The position numbers and the translations under genes are program-made. The notes beneath the pieces were generated by a model. The model saw only the letters and a program-made list of their open reading frames with translations. It did no database searches and was not told the origin of the DNA. From IMG/VR virus record IMGVR_UViG_3300033067_000134, positions 1 to 37,125 of that record: 37,125 bases of DNA, one strand, 5' to 3'. Positions 28,025 through 36,927 of the stretch are shown piece after piece. The stretch is from a virus (lineage: Duplodnaviria; Caudoviricetes). Every line of letters starts with the position of its first letter. Position 1 is the first letter of the stretch.

Positions 28025-28915
28025 TTATTTGAAGAAGCCTACAAGAATAATGCCACCGGTACCCCCACGAGCACCGCCCGGGCTGCCGCGATATGAAGCA
28101 TCACTACCGCCACCGCCGCCATAACCGTTTGAACCTGCCACACTTCGAGTACCACCACCGCCACGTGCGTTACCGCCAGCACCGCCACCGCCAGCGCCTC
28201 CCGAACCCCAAAGTCCGTTAGACCCTGTACCACCACCGCCACCGCCGACATATACACCGAGGGGGGACCAGTAGTAGCCAATACCACCATTACCACCACG
28301 GGGGCCTGCCGAAGTCGTGTTACCACCAGCACCACCCGCGCCACCGCCACCACCAGTGTAGTAGTCACCTGTACCAACACGGCCGCCGCCAGCGAATCCG
28401 TTACCTGAGTTACCACCACGCCCACTGGTCCAGTTAGCGCCGCCTAAGCCGCCAGCAGCGCTCATTGAAACGCCTGTGCCTGTACACGAAGACGTTCCAC
28501 CTGTACCGCCGCCGGAGCCGCCACAAGTAGCTGTATATGTGCTACCACCGTAGAAAGTCAAAGTCTGTGCGTTCGGAGCGCCACCGCCACCAGCAGCGCC
28601 AACGTCCGTACCGGAACCGCCGCCACCACCCACCACAAGGATGCTACCGACAAAGGTATCTGGGGTATAGAACGTGCCGCTACCACTCCACCAAACGTAC
28701 GAGTTTGAACCCACAGTACCTCGTGAATATGTACCCGACAAGGAAAGCGTGGGCTTTGATTTTCCGTAGAAGTTGGACATTGATATGGTGCCGGATGCAA
28801 CACCTGCAAGGGCTCGTACCGCTGCATCATTCAACGTAATTGGCGCAGATGCAGAATACCCAAGCTCAGTGTTGATCTGAGCCATCGTGATGGTTCCAGA
28901 ACTCGGTAGTGCCAT
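28025..28915 (-). CDS. glycine-rich tail/receptor-binding protein
   Basis: MALPSSGTITM..IN.ELG N-module; LVVGGGGG and many GGxGG repeats; GGTGGIIL end. Confidence 0.75.
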   Translation of the reverse strand: MALPSSGTITMAQINTELGYSASAPITLNDAAVRALAGVASGTISMSNFYGKSKPTLSLSGTYSRGTVGSNSYVWWSGSGTFYTPDTFVGSILVVGGGGGSGTDVGAAGGGGAPNAQTLTFYGGSTYTATCGGSGGGTGGTSSCTGTGVSMSAAGGLGGANWTSGRGGNSGNGFAGGGRVGTGDYYTGGGGGAGGAGGNTTSAGPRGGNGGIGYYWSPLGVYVGGGGGGTGSNGLWGSGGAGGGGAGGNARGGGGTRSVAGSNGYGGGGGSDASYRGSPGGARGGTGGIILVGFFK

Positions 28916-31750
28916 TTAGTCTCCCAACAACTTTTCAACCAAAGCCTCAAGTCTAGCAATACGCTTCTCTTGTTCGACCACACGCTTGGCAAGCTGAACA
29001 GCAGAGACCATTGCGGCATTGCCATACGCGACAGACAGAATACCATCTATACCTTGCACAACAGCCCAAGGTAGCACGGGTTTCAGTGACTGAGCGCCGA
29101 CACCGACCTGAGTGATGTTTTCATCTGTACGATCGTATATGCCGTGCTTAACCTCAGCCAACTGCTCGACGTAGTCTTTTGGGAGATCGCGCCAATTGGT
29201 CTTGAGTGTCTCGTCCGAATACGCCGTGACGTTACCAGCGGCTGTCATATCACCGTTAGCGCAGTTCAAATACCAACGCCAAGTAGGCGCGGACCACCCG
29301 CCAATGCCAAAATACCCATCACTACGCAACCCTTGCTTGACGGCATAGTAGCTAGTGCAATGGTACGCGACCATTGCCATATTGGAGTCGCCCGTACCCC
29401 CGTTGTTAGCTACTTCGATACCGGCGGTGGTATTGCCTGCGGCCATCACGCCCGCACTACCAGCAGAGATCAAAGTCTTTACGCTGGGGTTGTACCCGAG
29501 TTGCCCGCCCGAAACATACGCTGTCGTCATCGAGCCGGACGTTGCGTTAGCCCAAACGGGGTAGTAGGTGGTGTTTGTGGATGTATCGTTGGTGATCGTA
29601 GCACCGGCAGCGGCCCATGCAAACGAAGAGCCGTTCCATGTCAGCGCGTTGCCTGACGTAGTTGGGGCAGCAACAAAATCCGTGGTGCCCGCACCTGTTT
29701 GATACAAGATGCGGTTAGCCGCGCCGCCAGCCACGTTCGTAGCGGATGAAACAGTACCGCCGACATCAGAACCAGAAATCGTCCCCCACGCTGGGGCGTC
29801 AGACGCAGCGCCTGTACCAGTCTGGGTCAGGAACTTTTTAGTTGTTGTGGTGTTACCAGCGAGTTTGGTAATTGAGTCTGTTGCATCGGAATACAACATA
29901 TCACCCACGCTGTACGAAGACTGCCCTGTGCCACCATTTGTAGCGCCGAGAGCACCAGAGACAGCACCTGACTGGTTCAAAGCAACAGCGTTCCATTCGA
30001 CGTTCGTGCCGGAGCCGTTAACAACCAAAGACTTGTACGCTGTACCGAGGGCCAGCTTGGACCAAGTGTCTGTGGCCGAACCGTAGAGCAAGTCACCTGC
30101 TGTGACGGTGTTTACGCCTGTACCACCGTTTGTCGGCGCAACTGTACCAGTCAAAGAAATAGTCTGGCCGGTGATGTCGATGTTCGTGCCACCTACGTAT
30201 GTAGGGGACGCGCTGAACTGTGTATAGGCGAGTGCGTCGTAGCCGATGATGAACTCGCCATCAGTTGTGAGCACGTACGACTCACCTGCGCCGGTATTAC
30301 CGCTGGTGACATAGCAGTAGTCGCCGGAACCCATGCCATTCGTGTCGGATGGGCTGTAATGGTCTTGGTCAAGCGCGCGCGTCAGAACCCAGTTGGTCGC
30401 GCCGGAGCCTGTATCTGTCACAACATACACGCCGTTCTCATAGGCAGTTGTTTGCCCATACACCAACACGCGGTCGCTCACACTCAAAGTGATGCCATCA
30501 ATTACGATGGCCGCCTGTGCCCCTGCGTTTGTGAGTGTCGCCCCTTCACCTGAGTTGGCACGAACAGGGTATGTCAACCCAGAAGCATTGGTCAGACCCG
30601 TGAGCTGCGCACCGCCGAAGTTTGCAGACAGTGTGATCTGGGTTGTGGACGGTGTCGAGTAAACGAAATATGCAACGTTGGCAGATAACCCATTGCCAAC
30701 AGTACCGGTAAACCAGACTTGGTCATTCACACTCAATCCGTGTGTTGTAGACGTTGTGAGGGTTGTCCCCCCGGTAATGTCGGTTACATCGAATGTCGTG
30801 CCACCCTGTGTATAGGTGGCGGTCAAGTTGCTGCCGCGCTCTACACGCACAGGTTGGTGGATGTGCAGACCTGACGAGGAAACTTGGTCCACGTACTGCT
30901 TGGTCGCTGCTTGCAGCGGAATTGTCGGGTCCGCGTGCAACATAACTGTGTCGGAAAAAGAAGCAGCGCCTGTTACAGCTAAACCTCCGCCAACGTTCAC
31001 ATCCGCAATCGCGTTTACACTTTTATCCGTCTTGTCGATGTTGAGCGCAATGTCTGCATTGGTGAAGCCACCAGCGAACAGGTTCAAATCGCCGTCACCT
31101 GAACCGACAAACATATCGGAGTTCAGTGTGGCCCCATCACCGATACCAATCAAATATGTTGAATTGGGGGTGAGCAGTGGGTAACCGGCAGGCGCAGCGT
31201 TGGAGCTGGACACACCCATGTCAATGAAGAAAGTCTCACCGTCACTAAGGTCGTTATACGCGGCGAAGTCGGACGACGCATCCGAGCCATCGTTCAAGTT
31301 CTGAACGTACAGCTGTGCATAGTTGTTAACGTCGCCATACAACTCACCCAGAGCTGCGGTGAACGTGGTGTAACCCGTGACGCCTTGCCCAAGCACCGTG
31401 ATTGGGCCGCCATCAATAAGAGTGTTGCCTGTCGGCTCTTCGTAGATCGCACGTTCGGCGGGGTAGGTAACAAAAACGTCTTTTACACCAGCATCAAAAT
31501 CAACCTTAGCCCCAGCACTACTTGACTCAAAAACAGTATCGCGACTCAACACAGAGCCTGCCGCTGTATACGTGCCGGTACCAACTTCCCACTGCCCGCT
31601 CTCTAAGTTGTAGATTGCGTAGTACGTGGTGTTTCCATCCCCAATAGCAGAGAAGCCTTGATACCCGGGGGCTGCGCCCGCAAGAGTAAACGAACCCGTA
31701 CCTGTGGTGTTAGCGGTCTCTTTTACGCGGTCTTTTAAGACGATTGCCAT
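28916..31750 (-). CDS. long tail fibre/spike with C-terminal intramolecular chaperone (peptidase S74-like)
   Basis: LKDRVKET virion anchor; AATKQYVD; NGGTG repeats; autocleavage motif AYSDETLKTN; terminal coiled coil. Confidence 0.85.
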   Translation of the reverse strand: MAIVLKDRVKETANTTGTGSFTLAGAAPGYQGFSAIGDGNTTYYAIYNLESGQWEVGTGTYTAAGSVLSRDTVFESSSAGAKVDFDAGVKDVFVTYPAERAIYEEPTGNTLIDGGPITVLGQGVTGYTTFTAALGELYGDVNNYAQLYVQNLNDGSDASSDFAAYNDLSDGETFFIDMGVSSSNAAPAGYPLLTPNSTYLIGIGDGATLNSDMFVGSGDGDLNLFAGGFTNADIALNIDKTDKSVNAIADVNVGGGLAVTGAASFSDTVMLHADPTIPLQAATKQYVDQVSSSGLHIHQPVRVERGSNLTATYTQGGTTFDVTDITGGTTLTTSTTHGLSVNDQVWFTGTVGNGLSANVAYFVYSTPSTTQITLSANFGGAQLTGLTNASGLTYPVRANSGEGATLTNAGAQAAIVIDGITLSVSDRVLVYGQTTAYENGVYVVTDTGSGATNWVLTRALDQDHYSPSDTNGMGSGDYCYVTSGNTGAGESYVLTTDGEFIIGYDALAYTQFSASPTYVGGTNIDITGQTISLTGTVAPTNGGTGVNTVTAGDLLYGSATDTWSKLALGTAYKSLVVNGSGTNVEWNAVALNQSGAVSGALGATNGGTGQSSYSVGDMLYSDATDSITKLAGNTTTTKKFLTQTGTGAASDAPAWGTISGSDVGGTVSSATNVAGGAANRILYQTGAGTTDFVAAPTTSGNALTWNGSSFAWAAAGATITNDTSTNTTYYPVWANATSGSMTTAYVSGGQLGYNPSVKTLISAGSAGVMAAGNTTAGIEVANNGGTGDSNMAMVAYHCTSYYAVKQGLRSDGYFGIGGWSAPTWRWYLNCANGDMTAAGNVTAYSDETLKTNWRDLPKDYVEQLAEVKHGIYDRTDENITQVGVGAQSLKPVLPWAVVQGIDGILSVAYGNAAMVSAVQLAKRVVEQEKRIARLEALVEKLLGD

Positions 31751-31759
31751 GTCATACCC

Positions 31760-32674
31760 TTATGTTTGTGTCTTTACTGACACCCAATCTGGTGTTTGGT
31801 TGTCGTCGATGGTTCCCCATCCCGGCGCCGTTGCGCTGTTTACGGTTTGCCACCCAGAAGGCTGCGCAGCGTTCACCGAACCCCATGTTGTTGATTCGGC
31901 ATTGTCGATATTTTGCCAGCTCGCAAGTTGGGCGTCATCAATAATTTCCCACAGCAGGCGACGCGTAACTTCTACGACCCCGAGAGCGCCAGCAGAGGCT
32001 GCGGAAATGAACACCGCGTACGAAAGCACAAGCGCCTCCCCCGCTGCGGTAGCCACAACCTCAACACTGAAATCCACCAACGTCGACGGAAAAGCTGCAC
32101 CCACAGCTGTGGCAACAGTACGCGCTGTATGCCACTGCAACGAAGATGTTGTATCCAACCCTGTAGACGCTTCGGCAACCGAGGCCAAGAAGGTTTGTAG
32201 CGCCGCCGGTGTCGCCACCCCTGACGCAGTTGCAAGTACAGACACAAAGTACGCAATGCCGCCAACATAAATATCGGTGGCAGTAGATGCTTCTGCGACT
32301 TGTGCGTTTACATCAGCTAAAGCAGACGCAGCTACTACACCCGTAGCTTGCGCAACAGCACTTGCCTGGAAAGCAGATAACGTGGCAACAAAGTCTGTAG
32401 CTAAACCATTTTCAATAGCGCTAGACGCGAAAGCTACACTCGCAAAGTAAATTTCATATTCTGTGCAGGTCTCCATCACATCCGCGCTAAACACACTCGG
32501 GTCAACCACAACACTGACCTGACCCACCGCTAAATTGTTCGCTGCTGCAAGAAAATCCACAGATGTCTGTGTTACCTGCGCTGCGGCAGCGTTGGCGGAG
32601 ATATAGCGTGTGTATGCCACCCCGCCACCAAGGGAGGCAAGGGGGGTAGCGGCTAGTGGCGAGTCACCGAGCAC
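31760..32674 (-). CDS. Ala-rich virion structural protein
   Basis: GTG start; PLAATPLASL N-terminus; C-terminal Trp-periodic repeats (W..I...Q...W). Confidence 0.65.
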   Translation of the reverse strand: MLGDSPLAATPLASLGGGVAYTRYISANAAAAQVTQTSVDFLAAANNLAVGQVSVVVDPSVFSADVMETCTEYEIYFASVAFASSAIENGLATDFVATLSAFQASAVAQATGVVAASALADVNAQVAEASTATDIYVGGIAYFVSVLATASGVATPAALQTFLASVAEASTGLDTTSSLQWHTARTVATAVGAAFPSTLVDFSVEVVATAAGEALVLSYAVFISAASAGALGVVEVTRRLLWEIIDDAQLASWQNIDNAESTTWGSVNAAQPSGWQTVNSATAPGWGTIDDNQTPDWVSVKTQT

Positions 32675-32687
32675 TCAACCCACCGTT

Positions 32688-33203
32688 TTAAGTGGCGGCG
32701 AGGTTAAAAGTGTATGTGACGTTCAACGTATCCCCAGACACAACCGAGCGATCACCGGGGGCTTCGAACTCAGAAGCTGAGAACAGCACGCCAGAAGTAC
32801 CCGATGCAACGGTGCACAAGAACGCGCCAGACACCACATATGTGTTGAGCATCGAGAATTGTGCTGCTGTTGGGTTAGAAATCGCGGAAGGGTCGGCGGT
32901 CGTGGCAGAGCCGAAAGTCAAGGATTTGCGGTTGCCGTCATAGCCCGTAGTAACAGGAACTTCGGCCCAACCAGCATGAGATGCCAACGTGTCACCAGCA
33001 GCGATGGTCGGGGCGGTACCAGAAATCAAACCCAAGTACCAAGACTTGGTATAACCAGAACCGGAGAAGAACGTGTCGTTCATGTAAGCCAAGCCTTCAT
33101 TCACAACCAAGTTAGGTTGTGCGACTTCCCACTTGAGGTTGCCGTCTTTGTCGTGGCATTGAACGGTAAACACACCGCCGCCGTGGATTTTTTCTGCGAA
33201 CAT
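32688..33203 (-). CDS. virion structural protein (tail-fibre base type)
   Basis: RBS AAGGAG; G.F...C.DKDGNLKWE...NLVVNEG...GDTLNVTYTF. Confidence 0.7.
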   Translation of the reverse strand: MFAEKIHGGGVFTVQCHDKDGNLKWEVAQPNLVVNEGLAYMNDTFFSGSGYTKSWYLGLISGTAPTIAAGDTLASHAGWAEVPVTTGYDGNRKSLTFGSATTADPSAISNPTAAQFSMLNTYVVSGAFLCTVASGTSGVLFSASEFEAPGDRSVVSGDTLNVTYTFNLAAT

Positions 33204-33213
33204 TTGTTGCTCC

Positions 33214-33642
33214 TTATGCGATGCGGATGATCGCCGCTGTATTGGTGGCAGCTGGAAACTGCACCGTGAAAGTGGTGGTGGATGTTTTGTCTGCGCCAAA
33301 GTCCAGCACGCAAACTGTTGGGTTGCCTAAGCCGGATTTATAGATCAACGCCCCACGGGTGGTTAGCGCAGAGGTCCACGTGACGTTTGCAAAAGACAAG
33401 TACACCGTGGCAACACCTGTCTGGTTTCCAATCGTGGGTACTTGCGTTACCGTGAGTGTTTCACCGCCGGCTGTGTAGCCAGATGCAACCACTTCACCGT
33501 CTGTTGTGTACGCGGTTGTGTCTGGACCGATGGAAGCCGCGCCAGTGTACAGCGCGATTTTGAACGTGTCTGTGTCAAAGTCGAAGTCACCCTTTGGCAA
33601 CCCGAGCTTGAATGTGTTTGTGGCGCCTTGAGCGATTGTCAT
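33214..33642 (-). CDS. virion structural protein
   Basis: FKIALYT...GYTAGG..L...GALIY...VLDFGADKTS...FP...AIIRI. Confidence 0.72.
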   Translation of the reverse strand: MTIAQGATNTFKLGLPKGDFDFDTDTFKIALYTGAASIGPDTTAYTTDGEVVASGYTAGGETLTVTQVPTIGNQTGVATVYLSFANVTWTSALTTRGALIYKSGLGNPTVCVLDFGADKTSTTTFTVQFPAATNTAAIIRIA

Positions 33643-34373
33643 CACTTGACCCCGCTATTCTGTGGCAGAGGGGGTAGTCGGAACTGACCGCTGCGGTAGG
33701 AGTCACTGCGCTCCAAACCATCACCCAGGCGCTGGGCCAACATGAGTGCTTCTTTGTACTTGGCGTCATAGAACGCCATGATCTCAGCTTCACCCTTCAT
33801 GAAGGTGTATGCCTCAACCAAGCAGCCATACAACAACACCGAGTCAAAGTTGTCGCTTAACCATGTGCGGCCGTCGGCTGCGTCCACGATCGACTCGGGG
33901 TAGTAATAGTAGTGAAGCTCAACGTCGTACGCAGCATCCGGTGTTGGGCCCACAATCGCAGACAGCTCATCTGTAATAACAGGGCTTGCATCGTTAGTTG
34001 TGGTGGGGCCGAACAGCGCATAGTACTTTGGCGTAGCTGTGTCGGTTGGCCGTGGGTATGCCTGGCGGATGAAGTTCACATCCTTGTTCAACAAATACTC
34101 ATATCCGCCATCAGCATCAATCACCGCCAACGAGTGCGCGGAGAGAAAGTCGCCGGGTAGAGATAAGTATTTGTTGTTTGCTGTGAGCACACCTGTGACG
34201 TTCTTTCGCAACGAAGGGAACTGCACCGTGTTGTAGATGCGCTGCTCCGCCTGCTTGATGATGGTGTTGAGCTGCGTCTCAGTTGACACAGGCGTACCAT
34301 CAGCCAAGTAGGTGTCCGGAAACTGGTTTTCCGTGTAGGACTGAATCGAAGCGAAAAGTTCGTCGTAGGTCAT
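33642..34373 (-). CDS. head-tail adaptor / tail tubular protein A-like
   Basis: MTYDEL...IKQAEQRIY...P.DFL...PKYYA...GPTPD..Y.VELHY...LLYG.LVEA. Confidence 0.72.
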   Translation of the reverse strand: MTYDELFASIQSYTENQFPDTYLADGTPVSTETQLNTIIKQAEQRIYNTVQFPSLRKNVTGVLTANNKYLSLPGDFLSAHSLAVIDADGGYEYLLNKDVNFIRQAYPRPTDTATPKYYALFGPTTTNDASPVITDELSAIVGPTPDAAYDVELHYYYYPESIVDAADGRTWLSDNFDSVLLYGCLVEAYTFMKGEAEIMAFYDAKYKEALMLAQRLGDGLERSDSYRSGQFRLPPLPQNSGVK

Positions 34374-34376
34374 GCT

Positions 34377-34580
34377 TTACGCCATTGGGCCGCGGGCCAT
34401 CAAACCTTTTGTGGCTGCGCCAGTACCGCGGATTTTGATACCCGAAGTCTTGGTGCCTTTGTAGTCATTGCTGTGGCGGTTAGCCGAAGACACGTTCATG
34501 TCTTTGTTCGCCTTGGTGTTGTTCTTTTCAACGCCGGCGGCAGCAATAGGCTTTTTCTGTGGTTGCTTGGAGGTAGCCAT
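34377..34580 (-). CDS. small basic virion-module protein
   Basis: Lys-rich; C-terminal GIKIRGTGAATKGLMARGPMA. Confidence 0.7.
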   Translation of the reverse strand: MATSKQPQKKPIAAAGVEKNNTKANKDMNVSSANRHSNDYKGTKTSGIKIRGTGAATKGLMARGPMA

Positions 34581-34582
34581 GA

Positions 34583-34780
34583 TTAACCTTTCGCTTTTTG
34601 GTTGGCGATCTTGGCCAAACCACGACCCATTTTCAGCATGTCGCTGTTGGTCTTACCACCAGCGCGCAGCTTGGTAGGGGTCTTGCCAGGGTGCATGTTT
34701 TTCTCATGCTTGCCAACGGCAGCTTTAATCATCTTCTTGTCCTGAGCCATATCGGCTTTGCCGGATTCCATTTTTGCCAT
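34583..34780 (-). CDS. small basic virion-module protein
   Basis: QDKKMIKAAV.KHE..MH...LRAGG...GRGLAK; RBS AAGGAG. Confidence 0.7.
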   Translation of the reverse strand: MAKMESGKADMAQDKKMIKAAVGKHEKNMHPGKTPTKLRAGGKTNSDMLKMGRGLAKIANQKAKG

Positions 34781-34790
34781 GATTGGCTCC

Positions 34791-35219
34791 TTACGTTGTG
34801 ACTATGGTGACTGTACCAATTTCTACGCTCAATGCCAAGTTGTTTGGTGTGAGCGCGGAATCAAAAAAGCTGGCACCACCAACAGGGTTCCACCCCCATT
34901 GTAGGTTGCGACTGCCCTCGCCTTGGAAGCCTTGAGCGTCGATGTTTGTGCTGCTGCCGTCAATGATCTGCAAGCCTGTCGTACCAGACGAAACATAGCT
35001 GCGATCAGGACGCGGGTTGCGCACACCTTGAGGGTCATCAACCGGGTACATACCCAGCTGAAGCTGTGGGTGGTCAGGGTCCCAACATGGGCCGCAAACC
35101 AGCAGCTCGTAGTTCTTGGTCTTGACGACCTCACGACGAAGCTGGTGCAGCTTGAACCGAAAGCCACAGCGATCGCACTCGGCGATGCTGTTCTTGCCGG
35201 ATGAGAACCGATTGCCCAC
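34791..35219 (-). CDS. zinc-ribbon protein of the virion module
   Basis: GTG start; CDRCGF...VCGPCWDPDHPQL...PRPD. Confidence 0.72.
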   Translation of the reverse strand: MGNRFSSGKNSIAECDRCGFRFKLHQLRREVVKTKNYELLVCGPCWDPDHPQLQLGMYPVDDPQGVRNPRPDRSYVSSGTTGLQIIDGSSTNIDAQGFQGEGSRNLQWGWNPVGGASFFDSALTPNNLALSVEIGTVTIVTT

Positions 35220-36152
35220 TTAGAACCCACCCCCAATGAATTGCTGACGCGGCACAAAGCGCACGGCAGCTTTCTCTTGGTCTTCCTGCGCAGCGGTGGC
35301 CCAAGCCTCGTCGTACTGCATCTTGAGCACGTCCAAACGGTTGAAGCCACTTGGCACCTTGAGCGCCAAGTAGTAGGCCAGGCCAGCGGTCATGCAAGGC
35401 ACAAAGCGGAACGGCACATCCATCACGTTCACACCGCCGCCGGCGTCTTGCACGCGGCGCATGCGCCAGTACACGAACTGATAGCTCTGAGAACCATCAG
35501 GTGTTGGCCACACAGTCACGGCTGGGAGCTTGGCCCAGTAGACGGTGGCCGCAGCAGTGTGGGCAGCGGCCGAGGAGTTGTTCTGCCCGCGGAAGCAGTT
35601 GTAGAGCGTGTTGCCGTCAATGTACCCGTACTGGATGAACTCATTGTCAATCTTGATGAAACCGGTTGACGGTAATCCAACAACGGTGTCAAGAGTGATG
35701 GTGGTATCTGTCGAGGTGATCGTGCTTGCAAGCGTGGCTCCTGTGTTCGAGGTCTGTCCGTCCATACGCTGCACCCACACCTGAATCGGACGGGCTTGTT
35801 GCAGCTTGTTGGGGAGAGTCGCGTACGTCGACACGCTGATACGCGTGATCGTCAAGTCAGCTTGGTTCGACTGTTGGTTGGCCTGCGTGCGAATCACGTG
35901 TTCGAGAAGGTCCACGGTATCGTTGGGCAGAGCGTATGTGTTCTGACCTTGCACGAGGTTGATCGTGCCCTGCTCAAACGTCCACATGTTCACGCCACGG
36001 TTCGCCCAATCGGCGAACAAAAGATTCAAAGACCGACGAGCGGTCTTGAGGTCATAACCCGTGCGCATCTCCGAGCCCACGCGCTCGAACGCCTCCTCGA
36101 CCAGTTCAGTCAAGTCAAGGTTAAAACCAGTGGTTCCGGAGGTGTTGGCCAT
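35220..36152 (-). CDS. head-to-tail connector (P22 gp4-like) with inserted beta domain
   Basis: EEAFER.G...GYDLKTARRSLNLL..WANRG.N.W...VPFRFVPCM.AGLAYYL. Confidence 0.72.
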   Translation of the reverse strand: MANTSGTTGFNLDLTELVEEAFERVGSEMRTGYDLKTARRSLNLLFADWANRGVNMWTFEQGTINLVQGQNTYALPNDTVDLLEHVIRTQANQQSNQADLTITRISVSTYATLPNKLQQARPIQVWVQRMDGQTSNTGATLASTITSTDTTITLDTVVGLPSTGFIKIDNEFIQYGYIDGNTLYNCFRGQNNSSAAAHTAAATVYWAKLPAVTVWPTPDGSQSYQFVYWRMRRVQDAGGGVNVMDVPFRFVPCMTAGLAYYLALKVPSGFNRLDVLKMQYDEAWATAAQEDQEKAAVRFVPRQQFIGGGF

Positions 36153-36518
36153 TTAGCAGTTCCATGCCCGAAGGCTTTTGTTGATGCGGCTGTTCGGGTC
36201 GTTAGCTGTCTTCTTGGAAGTCAGTTTCTTTTTCATACCCGACATGCGAGCACAAAAGGAATCGCGACGAGAACCGCCTTCGGGCTGTGGAGCCTTCAGA
36301 CCGGGTTTACCGGGATTCGCTTTGTTATAGGAGGCACGTCCTTTAGCGTTCAAGCCGCCAGCTTCAGATTTGCCTTCCTTGCGTTGCCATGCGGGTGACT
36401 TGACCTTACCACCCTCAGCGAAGGCCTTGACCTTGTTCGGGTCGTCCTTGCGCTCAATGGTGGTGGCTTTCGGCATTTTGCTGGGGGATACGGCCCCCAT
36501 CCCACGGCTGGCCATCAT
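36153..36518 (-). CDS. basic two-module protein (DUF6321-like C-terminal half)
   Basis: MMASRGMGA module, FAEGG, then AWQRKEGK..GGLNAKGRASY...SFCARM.GM...SRINKSLRAWNC. Confidence 0.72.
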   Translation of the reverse strand: MMASRGMGAVSPSKMPKATTIERKDDPNKVKAFAEGGKVKSPAWQRKEGKSEAGGLNAKGRASYNKANPGKPGLKAPQPEGGSRRDSFCARMSGMKKKLTSKKTANDPNSRINKSLRAWNC

Positions 36519-36519
36519 G

Positions 36520-36912
36520 TCAGTAAATCTTCGCTTTGCGAGCACCGCGCGCTTGACCCCAACCCTTAACGGAGCCGCCTTTTTTCATGCCGTCTTCGTT
36601 TTCGTAGTTGGTGCGTGTGCCCGGCTTTGTGACTTCCGTCAAAGGCTTAGGCGCGCGACGTGGCTTGTATGCGCTCATGTCTGGCGGGATGTTCTCTGTC
36701 TCGGTGTCAAACGACTGCTTGCCGCTTGTCACGTAGTCTTTACGACCGCGAGACATACCTGCCTCCGCATCGACGTGCACGGGTTCACGACCGCCTGGGG
36801 CTGATTTCTCACCCTTCATTGCGGTCGTGTACATCTTGCCGTTGAAGCTGAACTCTTTGTCGCCCGCTTTGCGAGCCTCGGCAAATGCTTTGCCAAATGC
36901 GGATGTTGCCAT
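36520..36912 (-). CDS. small basic virion-module protein
   Basis: F.KAFAEARKAG.KEF.FNGK.YTT N-module; C-terminal MKKGGSVKGWGQARG; RBS AAGGAGG. Confidence 0.72.
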   Translation of the reverse strand: MATSAFGKAFAEARKAGDKEFSFNGKMYTTAMKGEKSAPGGREPVHVDAEAGMSRGRKDYVTSGKQSFDTETENIPPDMSAYKPRRAPKPLTEVTKPGTRTNYENEDGMKKGGSVKGWGQARGARKAKIY

Positions 36913-36927
36913 GATGGCCTCCTTGGT

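Noticed and set aside
28040-28640. CCACCGCCA-like short tandem repeats
   Set aside because: Fully explained by poly-Gly coding on the - strand
26526-31750. Diversity-generating retroelement or invertible tail-fibre switch
   Set aside because: No reverse transcriptase or invertase, and no TR/VR pair or inverted crossover sites noticed by eye
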